Program-made: the position numbers and the translations under genes | The notes under the pieces: model-generated | Databases searched by the model: none | Told to the model about the DNA's origin: nothing | What the model saw: only the letters and a program-made list of their open reading frames with translations | Shown: positions 28,854 through 39,500 of the stretch, piece after piece | How the letters are laid out: each line of letters begins with the position of its first letter | How positions within the stretch are numbered: the stretch's first letter is position 1 | Origin: Pyrinomonadaceae bacterium | Lineage (GTDB): Bacteria > Acidobacteriota > Blastocatellia > Pyrinomonadales > Pyrinomonadaceae | Direction: 5' to 3' | DNA length: 64,000 nt | NCBI GenBank assembly: GCA_050748205.1 | Contig: JBOGOU010000513.1 | Coordinates: forward strand, 9,966 to 73,965

Positions 28854-30038
28854 TCAGGCGACCGTAATAACCAGCAGAGTCGCATCATCCTGAGCCTTGT
28901 CATCGCTGAATTCGCTAACCGCAGCAATAATCCGGTCTCGCAAGTCGTTAGCACTGAAGCGCCGACCACCGGTCAATAACTCCTGCAAACGCTCTTCGCC
29001 AAACTCTCTGCCAGAGGCGTTGCGGGCTTCCGTCACACCGTCGGTGAAAAGCACCAGGCAGTCACCCGGCAGCAAGTCGATCTCATCCTGCAGATAACCA
29101 TGACCGGGGAAGATGCCGAGTACCGGGCCGCCTTCTTTCAGCCTTACGCAATTCCCGTCACGGATCAGCATCGGCGGGCAGTGGCCGGCGTTGGCGTATG
29201 AAAGTTTCTTGTTTTGAGTATCTAAGAGAGCGTAGAAGCAACTAATGAATCTATACGCGACGATGTTGTCGCACATCACGCCATTGACCTGCGCGCAGAG
29301 CTCGCTGGGAGCCACCGTGTCTGAGGCGAAAGACTTCACCGCGGCCTGCACACTTGACATTACCAGCGCCGCTGGCAGGCCCTTGCCGGCAACGTCCGCG
29401 ATGCAGATTGCGGTATGACGGTCGCTGAACTTCAGCACATCGAAGTAGTCGCCGCCGACCGCGCGCGCTGGTTTCCAGCTGACGGCAACCTCAAAACCTT
29501 CGAGGCGCGGGAGCTGTTTCGGCAACAGGGCTTCCTGGATTTCTTGTGACTCAGTCAACTCCTGTTGCAGTTTTCGCCTCACGGTCCGGTTTTCCGCGTT
29601 CAGAAGTCTTTGTTGCCGCCGCTTACGGCCCAGTTCGATTTGGGTACGCAAACTCCTAAGCAGCTGCGGGTTGTCCCAGGGCTTTAACACGAAGTCGCGT
29701 ACGCCACGATGCATAGCTTCCACGGCCAGCTCAACAGAACCCCAGGCTGTAAGAACCACGACCGGTAACGTGCTATCCAGACTGTGAATATTTGTGATTA
29801 GGTCCAGACCCTCCTGGCCCGAGGTGGTGTCACGCGCGTAATTAAGGTCCATCAGCACCAGATCGAAATTGCTCTGCTTGATCGCCTCCAGCACCGCTGC
29901 CGGCGAACTTACTCCTTCGGTTTGGAAGCCTGCCCCTCGGAGCAACAAACGCAGCGCAGCCAGCACGTCGGGCTGATCGTCGGCGATCAGGGTGCGGGGG
30001 ACCGGCGCGGGAAGCTGTGTTGTACTCGTTATGTTCAT
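28854..30038 (-). CDS. Response regulator (REC) fused to a PP2C/SpoIIE-type phosphatase (RsbU-like)
   Basis: The REC domain reads IADDQPDV...FDLVLMDLNYARD...VVVLTAWGS...KPW. The PP2C part reads GGDYFDV...ICIADVAGKGLPAAL...GHCPP...LVLFTDGVTEA...DDATLLVI. A GGAG SD lies upstream. Confidence 0.85.
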   Translation of the reverse strand: MNITSTTQLPAPVPRTLIADDQPDVLAALRLLLRGAGFQTEGVSSPAAVLEAIKQSNFDLVLMDLNYARDTTSGQEGLDLITNIHSLDSTLPVVVLTAWGSVELAVEAMHRGVRDFVLKPWDNPQLLRSLRTQIELGRKRRQQRLLNAENRTVRRKLQQELTESQEIQEALLPKQLPRLEGFEVAVSWKPARAVGGDYFDVLKFSDRHTAICIADVAGKGLPAALVMSSVQAAVKSFASDTVAPSELCAQVNGVMCDNIVAYRFISCFYALLDTQNKKLSYANAGHCPPMLIRDGNCVRLKEGGPVLGIFPGHGYLQDEIDLLPGDCLVLFTDGVTEARNASGREFGEERLQELLTGGRRFSANDLRDRIIAAVSEFSDDKAQDDATLLVITVA

Positions 30039-30059
30039 AAAAACTCCGGGTAACGCTGC

Positions 30060-30725
30060 TTATTCCTTGACTACCCAGCCGTCTTCAAGCTTCACGATCC
30101 GGTTGCCGTAGGCCGCGTTGATTTCCGAGTGCGTCACTTGCACAATCGTGGTGCCTTCGTCGTTGAGTCGCTTGAACATATCCATGATCTCTTTCCCCTG
30201 ACTCGAGTGGAGGTTTCCCGTCGGTTCGTCCGCGAGAATGATCCGCGGCTTTGCCACTACCGCGCGCGCAATGCCTACAAGTTGCTGCTGTCCACCGGAG
30301 AGCTGGCTGGGGAAGAGATCCTTCTTAGCTACGATCTGAAACCGATCGAGCGTGTCACAGACAATTGATTGCCGATCTTTCCTGCTGACGTCTCGATACG
30401 AGAGAGGTAACTCGAGATTCTCGAAGACGGTTTGGTCATCCAGCAGATGGTAGCTCTGAAACACAAAGCCGATATTGCTGTTGCGCAAGTGCGCGCGCTT
30501 CTTGTGGTCGAGCGTATGAACGGGCACGTCATCGAAATAATATTCGCCCGCCCACGATTGATCGTGCATTCCCAGAATGTGCAGCAGGGTCGACTTTCCG
30601 GCGCCTGAAGGCCCCATAATCGAGACAAACTCGCCCGGCCTTATGTCGAGATCGATCCGGCGCAGGACAAATGTTTTCGTGGGACCGTGCGAAAATGCCT
30701 TCTCAATGTTGCGTAGAGTGATCAT
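30060..30725 (-). CDS. ABC transporter ATP-binding protein (MacB/LolD-type NBD), copy 2, with a variant D-loop
   Basis: Walker [11 protein letters not shown]-loop FVFQS, signature LSGGQQQL, Walker [10 protein letters not shown]-loop GNLHS (His where Asp is expected), H-loop VTHS. The start overlaps the upstream stop as ATGA. Confidence 0.9.
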   Translation of the reverse strand: MITLRNIEKAFSHGPTKTFVLRRIDLDIRPGEFVSIMGPSGAGKSTLLHILGMHDQSWAGEYYFDDVPVHTLDHKKRAHLRNSNIGFVFQSYHLLDDQTVFENLELPLSYRDVSRKDRQSIVCDTLDRFQIVAKKDLFPSQLSGGQQQLVGIARAVVAKPRIILADEPTGNLHSSQGKEIMDMFKRLNDEGTTIVQVTHSEINAAYGNRIVKLEDGWVVKE

Positions 30726-31486
30726 CCAATCGCTCCAAAGCCACTCTCTTTCAGCTCACGCTTTGCTTCCTGGATTTCGCGCCGGTTGGATCCCGCCTCT
30801 TCTTCGACGATAAGGCCGTCAAAGAGGTGCACGATGCGATCGGCATGCTGGGCGTAGCGCGGATCGTGGGTAACCATGCAAATCGTCGCGCCACCGCGAT
30901 GCAGTTCGCGCAAGAGTTCCATCACCGCTTCGCCGTTGGTCGAATCAAGATTGCCGGTGGGCTCATCCGCAAGCAGGATGCTTGGCTGTCCGCCGACTGC
31001 GCGCGCCACCGCTACACGCTGTTGTTGGCCGCCCGAGAGTTGGCTGGGCAGATGCTTGGCGCGGTGCGCCATACCCACGCGCTCCAGGGCTTCAGTCACG
31101 CGCTTCTTTCTGTCGGCCGAGTTCATGCCGCGATACGTCAACGGCAACTCGACGTTTTCATAGACTGTGAGGTCGCCAATCAGATTAAAACTCTGAAAGA
31201 TGAAGCCTACCTCGCGGTTGCGAATGCGGGCCCGCTGAGACAGTGAAAGATCCTCAACGGGGTGGTCATTGAGAACGTACTCGCCATCGCTGGGTGTATC
31301 GAGTAACCCGAGGATCGATAGCAGTGTGGATTTACCGCAGCCCGACGGCCCGGCAATCGAAACGTATTCACCCTTCTTGATGTCGAGATGTATGCCGGAA
31401 AGCGCGTGTGTCTCGACTTCGTCGGTGTAGAAGACTTTCTTGACGTCGGCAAGGTGAATAAGGGGATCAGTTGAAGTCATTAGCAT
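30722..31486 (-). CDS. ABC transporter ATP-binding protein (MacB/LolD-type NBD), copy 1
   Basis: Walker [47 protein letters not shown]. All motifs are canonical. Confidence 0.92.
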   Translation of the reverse strand: MLMTSTDPLIHLADVKKVFYTDEVETHALSGIHLDIKKGEYVSIAGPSGCGKSTLLSILGLLDTPSDGEYVLNDHPVEDLSLSQRARIRNREVGFIFQSFNLIGDLTVYENVELPLTYRGMNSADRKKRVTEALERVGMAHRAKHLPSQLSGGQQQRVAVARAVGGQPSILLADEPTGNLDSTNGEAVMELLRELHRGGATICMVTHDPRYAQHADRIVHLFDGLIVEEEAGSNRREIQEAKRELKESGFGAIG

Positions 31487-31573
31487 GTCTCCTTCGTGCT
31501 ATTGGGAACACGATCACATTATCGTGAACACCGCAAGTTGGATTTCTATGGCAATTTCAACGTTGTGACTAAT

Positions 31574-32830
31574 TCAGCGCACGCGTATTCGATTGTAGTT
31601 GTCCAGGGTCGACGTATCAGACAGGATCACCTGATCGCCTTCGCGCAAGCCGCTCACTATTTCGATCACGCTGACCGAATTGCGCCCCAGGGTGACCTGC
31701 GTGCGCACCGCTTCCTGGCCATCGGCACTCAAGCGAAATAGGCCTACGGTTTGTTGTCCCTGCCCAAACGCGGGACGTCCCACGTACAAAACGTCGTTGA
31801 GACGCTCGAGTTCGATCGTTCCATCCACGCTCAAGTCAGGCCGGGCACTTGCAGGCAGTGGTCCAATCAATGTGGCGTCGACGGTGAATGTGCCTTCGCG
31901 GGCCGCCGGGTCGATGCGCGAGACTTCTCCTTGAATTACGCCGTTCCGCGTGTCGACCGCCACGGGTTGGCCGAGTTTGACGTCTGTGATTTGCGTCTCG
32001 GCAATCTTCAGCTCGGCCTTAAGGGAAGCGGGATCGGCAACTCGCGCGATGTTCAGTCCCGGCGTGACTTGTTGGCCCACCTGCACCGTGACCTGTTGCA
32101 ACACTCCACTGGTACCGGCTCTCACTTTCAGAGCCTCAACCTGTTCTCTTTTAAGTTTGGCAAGAGCACGCAATTGCTGAAGCCGTGCCTCCTGGGCATT
32201 GATTTGGGCTTTAGTTGATCTCGAGCTTATGGTTAGTCGCTGCTGCTCCACCTTGAGCCGGTTAGCGAGGTTCTGCACGTTTACGCGAGAGATTTTTAGT
32301 AAAAGGTCCGGGACGAGTCCCTGTTTGGCAAGCACCTCATCCGTGTCAAGCTGCAATTTTGCCTGGCTATACTCGGCATTGATCGTGGCAATCGCAGACT
32401 GCTGCGTCATGTTCTCGCTTTCCAGGCGCACGCGCAGATTCTCCTCGTCAGCCTGTGCCGCTTTCACTTGAAAGTCAGCATCAATTGCCTGTTGCTCCAT
32501 CTGCGGATTCGAAAGTTCGACAATTACCGTATTGACTCCTACTTCAACTCCCGCTTGTACTAGAAGCCTTTCGACTCGACCATCTGCGGGCGCCGGTACC
32601 CAGCGAATCAATTGCGGAACAAGTGTGCCAATGCCCCTAACCTCCCGCTTCATCTCTCCTCTCTTGACCGTGTCAATCACAGCAGTGGAACGGTCGAGGG
32701 TGGGCGCGGCAGGCTTGAGTTTGGTGAGACCAAAAGTGATTCCGCCGATGGCCACGAGACCAAAGACAATCAAGGTCGCGGTGCGAATCCGTTTCTTAAG
32801 TCTCGATTTTGCGGGGCGCTTGATATCCAT
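31574..32830 (-). CDS. HlyD-family / MacA-like periplasmic adaptor (membrane fusion protein)
   Basis: It has an N-terminal TM (TATLIVFGLVAIGGITFGL), a long coiled-coil-like Q/A/L-rich middle, and lipoyl/beta-barrel-like ends (G.V..L.V..G..V; I.GEVSRIDP). Confidence 0.85.
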   Translation of the reverse strand: MDIKRPAKSRLKKRIRTATLIVFGLVAIGGITFGLTKLKPAAPTLDRSTAVIDTVKRGEMKREVRGIGTLVPQLIRWVPAPADGRVERLLVQAGVEVGVNTVIVELSNPQMEQQAIDADFQVKAAQADEENLRVRLESENMTQQSAIATINAEYSQAKLQLDTDEVLAKQGLVPDLLLKISRVNVQNLANRLKVEQQRLTISSRSTKAQINAQEARLQQLRALAKLKREQVEALKVRAGTSGVLQQVTVQVGQQVTPGLNIARVADPASLKAELKIAETQITDVKLGQPVAVDTRNGVIQGEVSRIDPAAREGTFTVDATLIGPLPASARPDLSVDGTIELERLNDVLYVGRPAFGQGQQTVGLFRLSADGQEAVRTQVTLGRNSVSVIEIVSGLREGDQVILSDTSTLDNYNRIRVR

Positions 32831-33238
32831 GAACTTACTAAGAACTTTCTAACTGCCTGGAGACAACTTCCCACCGAAGGTTTCTGGAGAACTGTACTAG
32901 CCAGTTTGAGAGCGGCGAAGGTGCGCGGGAAGTGTTTGGACGTGAAAAGCCGGAAACTTCTCGGGCAACTGTACAGTTCTCCGAAAGTCGTATCTTCAAA
33001 GCGTGTGCCACCAAGGTGGGCAGCCAGCACTTCTACAATAACTTGCCTCAAACCGGCGAAATCATTGCGAATTTTGAGAATCGGGCTCGAGATCTGGTCG
33101 CCCTGGAAGACTGTAAGCTTGGAGGTCTAGATCGAGATAAGTATCGTTTGCGGGACTCCGGAATCCCACTTTCGAGAAAACTTCGAAATATCGTAGGAGG
33201 ATAATTGTGCAGTCGCGATCCCGATGGTAAAAAGTGAT

Positions 33239-33283
33239 CCAAAGCGCCGTCGCTGCTTCGCTCTGCGTGGCGCGCTCCAAAAA
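33239..33283. repeat. Solo outer arm of the family C palindrome
   Basis: ccaaagcgccgtcgctgcttcgctctgcgtggcgcgctccaaaaa is nearly the reverse complement of 9121-9163. Confidence 0.75.
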
Positions 33284-33521
33284 GACTTGTCTGGCGCAAG
33301 TCCCTCGGGCTCGCCCGTTCTCTTTTTGAGGAGGGATGGGCAACTCCGGAGGCGTGACGGCAGTTCTAACAACCCACACCAACCCGAGCGGGGCCAGTCA
33401 AGCAGTAAGTTCAGTCACGTCTCCCCTCCATCGAACTAAGAAAGATCCTGGGTAGCACTTCCCTTTTTAGCTGCCCGAAAACTATGTGATCAACTAACCC
33501 GAAACCGGGAGTCGACCCCGA

Positions 33522-36500
33522 GTGCATACGATTATGAAAACAATCTTCTCTATCGCTCTGCTCGCTTTTTTTTGCCTCTTAACCGCTTTCGCCCAGTCTG
33601 ATTTCTCGCAACTCAAACGCGAGGCGGAACAGTTCTATGTGACTGGCTCTTATGCGCGCGCCCATGAACTGTATTCCAGGATTGAGAAGACTCGCCTTTT
33701 AGCCGCCGACGCGCGCTGGGTGGACTTCCGGCTCGCCGATACTAAATGGCGCTCTCAGGCCGCCACCGAAACTTCTGACTCGACGAAGTTTGATCAGGCC
33801 CAGAAGGAACTGGAAGAACTAATCCGCGCCACCGACAAGGAAACCGAACGCGACCTGGTTTGGGTGCAGGCCCATGAATCACTGGGGGATTTCTTTTGGA
33901 CTCGTCGCAACCAGATGAACTGGGGCGCAGCCTGGTCTCATTATCAGCCGGCACTCGATTGGTGGGCGGGACAGCGCGACATCGACGTAGCTCGCGATCG
34001 ATACCTGGCGATCGTCTTCAAAGCAGCAGAGCCGCCACGCCCCCATGAGTATTACTTCTACACTTACTACGGCAACCACATACCGCTAGACATCCTGGAA
34101 AACGCTCTCAAAGTTAGTCAGAACGACAAGGACAAGGCACACCTGCGCTATCTCATTGCCATGTCTATGCGCATTTCCGGCGGCGATTGGGAAGCGCGCC
34201 AGCGTATATCGGATGAGTTTGAAGCCGCTCTCGCCCAAGGCAAACGAACTGAGTGGTATGACGACGCTTTGTTCCACTATGCTGAGTGGGTCAATAATAA
34301 CGGCACCGTTAGGCAAACGGATGAAGGCCAGTGGCAGCAAGAGCCTGACTACCGGAAAGCGCTCCAACTCTATCGCCGGCTGACGAGCGAATTTGCCAAG
34401 GGTGAAACACGCTACTGGGACCAGGCCCGGGATCAAATCCGCAACATCACCCAACCTACACTCAGCGTCGGAGTATCAAACATCTTCCTGCCCGATTCTG
34501 AACTCCAGTTTGTTTTGAATGCGCGCAACCTGGAACGTATCGGCTTTGCGCTTTACAGGGTCGATCTCACGCGCGACGTGAGGTTTACCCGAAATCCGGA
34601 AGAAGATGAGGGAGAAGGCGAGGATGGTAATGCCAATTGGATCAAGACTTTTTCAGTCGCGGGACGCGAGCCGGTCAAGAGCTGGTCGCAAAACCTAAAC
34701 AACAAAGGTGACCATCAGCCTATTACCAAAGAACTACGCATTGACAGCAAACTTCCCCCGGGCGCCTATCTGCTGGAAGCAAGAAGCGGCGCCAGCTCGG
34801 CGCGCGATTTGGTGCTGGTAAGCGACGCTTCGCTCGTTCTGAAGACTTCCGCGAGGCAGGCTCTCGTCTATTTCTGCAATGCTCTAACCGGCGCGCCGAT
34901 TCCTAACGCCAGCGTTGCCCTGTGGCAAAGTTATTACATTCAGGACAAATGGCATTGGCGCAAGCTCAAGCTAACAACCAACCGCGACGGCCTGGCAGTT
35001 TTCAATCTAAAGAGTAGTAGCGGCTATCACAATCTCTTCGCCGCGGCCTCGATTAACGAACGGCAGGCATTTTCCGGTGGCTATTCTTACGCGAACAACC
35101 CTGACACTCAGCCGTGGCGCATTTACGCATTTACTGATCGGCCCGCTTATCGGCCCAAGGAAACTGTGCGCTGGAAATTCATCGCGCGGCGATTCGCGGG
35201 AGGAGTCTATTCCACACCGGCGAACCAGGTTGTCGAGTATCAGATCACTGATCCGCGGGGAACCAGGATTAACGAGGGTAAAGCGACACTTAACTCCTTC
35301 GGGAGCGCCTGGGGTTCACTCGAACTGACGGAGCAATTACCGCTCGGCGAGTACAACATTCAATTCTGGGACCAGGGGCGCAATACTGGCATTGGCAGCG
35401 CAAAACTGTTTCGGCTGGAAGAGTACAAACTGCCCGAATTCAAGGTCTCAGTGAAAACGCCGGAAGAGAACGGCAAAAAGAGATCGTTCCGGCTGGGCGA
35501 GAAGGTTTCGGTAGATGTTCAGGCTGACTACTACTTTGGCGGTGCCGTAACAAACGCTTCGGTTGAAGTTGTTGTTTATCAAAATCCATTCTTTCATTAC
35601 TGGTACCCGCACCGTGATTATCCCTGGTATTACGAAGACATTGAGCGACAGCGGGGTTATTACTACGGCCAGGGACCGGTCATCAAACGCGAAACGCTCA
35701 AAACTGACGAGACGGGCAAAGCCACTCTCACATTCGATACGCCGCGCGAAAATTACAATCAGGATTTCGAGTATCGCATCGAGGCTCGCGTGACTGACTC
35801 TTCGCGCCGCGAAATCGTTTCGAGCGACAACGTTCGCGTCACCCGCCAGCGCTACTACGTCTACGCGCGTCCGAAGCAGAATATTTACAGGCCCCAGGAC
35901 AAAGTCACTGTTGAAGTCAAAGCGCTCGACGCCAATGAGCAGCCAGTAACCACGGAAGGCTCGGTAAAAATCACTCGCGACCACTGGTATGAAATCTGGC
36001 TCGACCCAACTGGTCGCGAGGTGAAAGGGGAAGAGCTTCGCTTGCTTCGTGAAAAGGGAACATTCCCGCCGCTCGTCAAAAGGCCCGTAGCTGGCCAACG
36101 ACCCTGGCGACTCAAGTTTCGCGGTTATCAACACGACGAAATCTCAACGACAACCTTGAAGACTGACGCCGACGGAACCGCGGAATTGACGTTTACGCCC
36201 GAGCGAGAAGGCTACTACCGCCTGGAATGGCAGAGTAGCCAAAAGAGCACCAAACGAGACCGGTTTCTGCCTAACATCAAGGCCGAGGCCTACGTGTTCG
36301 TCGCGACAAACACTACGACTGACCTCGGCTACCGTCACGACGGAGTCGAGATTATCGTCGACAAAGACACGTTCCGCGCCGGCCAGATGGCTCCCATCAT
36401 GTTGAGTGTGCCGACTAACGATCGCTACGTTCTTTTCAGCGTCGAAGGCGAAGACCTCTATAGCTACCAGCTCGTTCACGTCACGGGCACGGCAAAACTC

Positions 36501-39500
36501 ATCGAGATGCCAATCGAAGAAAAGCACGTTCCCAATATCTTCCTCAATGCTGCAATGGTTAGCGACACACAAATATTTGTTGACGCTAAACAAGTTGTGG
36601 TGCCACCTACCGAGCAATTTCTCTCAGTCGACGTGAAGGCGGATCGCGAGCAGTATCAGCCGCGCGAAGAAGGAACGCTCTCGATCAAAACCCGCGACGC
36701 TCATGGCAAGCCTGTCTCTACCGAAGTCGCACTCGGTTTGATCGATGAGTCAGTCAACTATATTCAGCAGGACTATGCAGGCGATCCACGCCAGTTCTAT
36801 TACGGCACGAAGCGAGGGCAGCTTGTTCAAACTCAAAGCACTTTCCAGCAAAAGTCATACGCGCGTCTTGTCCAGGGTGGAAAAGGCCAGTTGATTGACT
36901 ACCGTAACTTAAATCAACTTGAAGACAATGAACGAGAAGGCAAAGGGATCGGTTATGGATACGGTTATGGGCCGGGTCGTGGTGGCAACATTGGGGGCGC
37001 CGATGCACCTTATGCGGGGGAGTTTGGCGCGAGAGTAATGTCGGAAACGGTGTCCATAGATGGTGTGTCCAATCGACCTGCGAAGGATCTGGCTCTGCTG
37101 CGTCCCGGCGTAGCTGGTAAGGCCGAACTTCGACCATTAGGCACTAGACAGGAGCCGCCGAACGCTCTGGAGCCGGCAGTTCAAGTACGAACTGACTTCC
37201 GTTCCACGGTTCTGTGGCAGCCGGACGTAAAAACAGATGGCAATGGCGACGCGACGGTAAACGTGAAATATCCCGACTCACTTACGACATGGCAAGCAAC
37301 TGCTCGCGTGGCCAGCGCCGGAAATCAATTCGGTATCGGCACTGCTTCGACGAGAACAAAACAACCTCTGATCGTCAGGCTTGAAGCGCCACGTTTCTTT
37401 GTGGTTGGCGACCAGGTCACTGTCTCGGGCGTGATCAACAACAATACCGATCTGCCCATGATTGTGTCTCCTTCCTTGAGCACAGAGGGACTGACCGTTA
37501 CCGGACATGTCGTCAACGGCCAACCGCTGAAAGGAGAGCAGGCGCCAATTGAAGTGAAAGCCAATGGCGAGACGAGAGTTGATTGGCATGTTTCGGTGAC
37601 GCACGCGAGTGAAGCAAAACTCAAGGTCCAGGCACTGGCCAAAGAATATACAGATGCAATGGAAAAGACTTTTGTGGTCTACGAACACGGCATCGAGAAG
37701 TTTATCGCAAGGTCTGGGAAGATGCGGGGTGATAGCGTTTCAATTAAGCTCGATATCCCGGCCGAGCGTCGCGCCGATTCCACTACGGTAACTGTGCAAG
37801 TCGCGCCGAGCATGGCAACCACGATGCTCGATGCCCTTCCCTACTTGATTGACTATCCCTACGGCTGTACCGAACAAACGATGAGTCGCTTTCTCCCAGC
37901 TGCAATCACAGCCAAGACGCTGAGGGATCTCGGACTCAAACCAGAGACGGCCATGAACAAGATCTTCGGTGGTGTCGAGCAGTCGTCCGCGGCAGCAACC
38001 CATCCGAAGGGTAAACACGATCTTCGTGAACTCGACGAGATCACAGCTAAGAGCCTCGAACGTCTCTACAACTTCCAGCATTCTGATGGCGGCTGGGGCT
38101 GGTGGAAGGATGGTGATAGCGACCACTTCATGACTGCTTACGTTGTTTGGGGAATGACGCTCGCTCGCGAAGCGGGTATCCAGGTGAGGGCCGACGTACT
38201 TTCCCGGGCGGCGAACTACCTCGATCGGGAGCTCGTCGAAGAAGAAAACAACTACGACGGGCAGGCGTGGATGCTCCACGCACTTTCGATCTCTCACGCT
38301 TCGCTCAAGCAAGCCGAAGTCAGTAAGTTTCAGGCCAAGGCGTTTGACAATCTTTGGCTAAGTCGCGACAAACTTAACGCCTACACACGGGCGCTGCTGG
38401 CTCTGGCCGCCCACAACTTGGGTTACAGCGACAAATCGAGGACGCTCGTCGTAAATCTTGAAAACGGCGCGAAGATCGATTCCCAGCCCGACACCTCGAT
38501 TGTGCAAAATGGGGCGGCAAGCTCCGACCCTTCAGTTATCTCGACCGCACACTGGGGTGAAGATGGACTCTACTGGCGTTGGTCAGACGGATCTGTGGAA
38601 GCGACTTCGTTTGCTCTACGCGCCCTCCTGGCGGTAGATCCAAAAAACAAGCTAGTTGAGCCCGTCACCAACTGGCTGATCAAGAATCGTCGCGGCGCGC
38701 AATGGAGCAATACCCGTGATACAGCGATCGTAGTTCTCACCTTGAATGACTATCTGCGCGCAAGCGGAGAGATTCAGACTGAGCTGAGCTACGACTTGCT
38801 CGCAAACGGAAATCTCATCACTAGCAAACAGATCAATGCCGACGACGCGCTGGGAGCCCCAACAAAGTTTGACGTCCCGCGTGAGGTTCTCCGGGATGGC
38901 GCCAATGAGATCACCATCCGGCGAAAAAGCGGTTCCGGTCCGATTTACTTCTCAGCGCAAGGCAAGTTCTTCAGTCTCGAGGAACCCCTCAAGGCGGCGG
39001 GAAATGAGATTTTTGTCCGGCGACAGTACTACCGCCTCGTAAGTCACCCGACGCTTCTCAAAGGCCACGTGTCTGAACGCGTTCTTTTGCAGGACGGCGA
39101 AACCGTAAAAAGCGGTGACCGGATAGAATCAGTCATCACCGTCGAAGCGAAGAACAACTATGAGTATCTCCTTTTCGAAGACTTGAAACCGGCGGGTCTG
39201 GAAGCGGTTCAAATAAGGAGCGGTGAAAATCTGTATGTAAAGGAACTCAAGTCAGGCAGCTTGAGAGGCAAGAACTCGGCGCTCGTAAACTACGGCATCG
39301 CGTCTGACTTTACTGGCCGCACCCGATGGGTCTATCAGGAACTGCGCGACCGCAAAGTCGCGCTCTTTATCGATCATCTTCCGGAAGGAGTTTGGCAAGT
39401 GACTTACGAAATGAGGGCGGAGAGTCCCGGCTCGTTTCACGCGTTGCCCGTGCTTGGCCACGCCATGTACGTTCCTGAGATTCGGACCAATGGGCAGGAG

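Noticed and set aside
32932-33382. Short ORFs in the 690-bp divergent intergenic region: 32932..33204(+), 33062..33382(-) and others.
   Set aside because: They overlap one another in several frames. I could recognise no SD, no motif and no family, so a gene cannot be supported.
35448-36134. A 228-aa minus-strand ORF and other antisense ORFs inside the A2M gene.
   Set aside because: They are embedded antisense in a 6-kb gene that has clear family motifs, and they have no features of their own.
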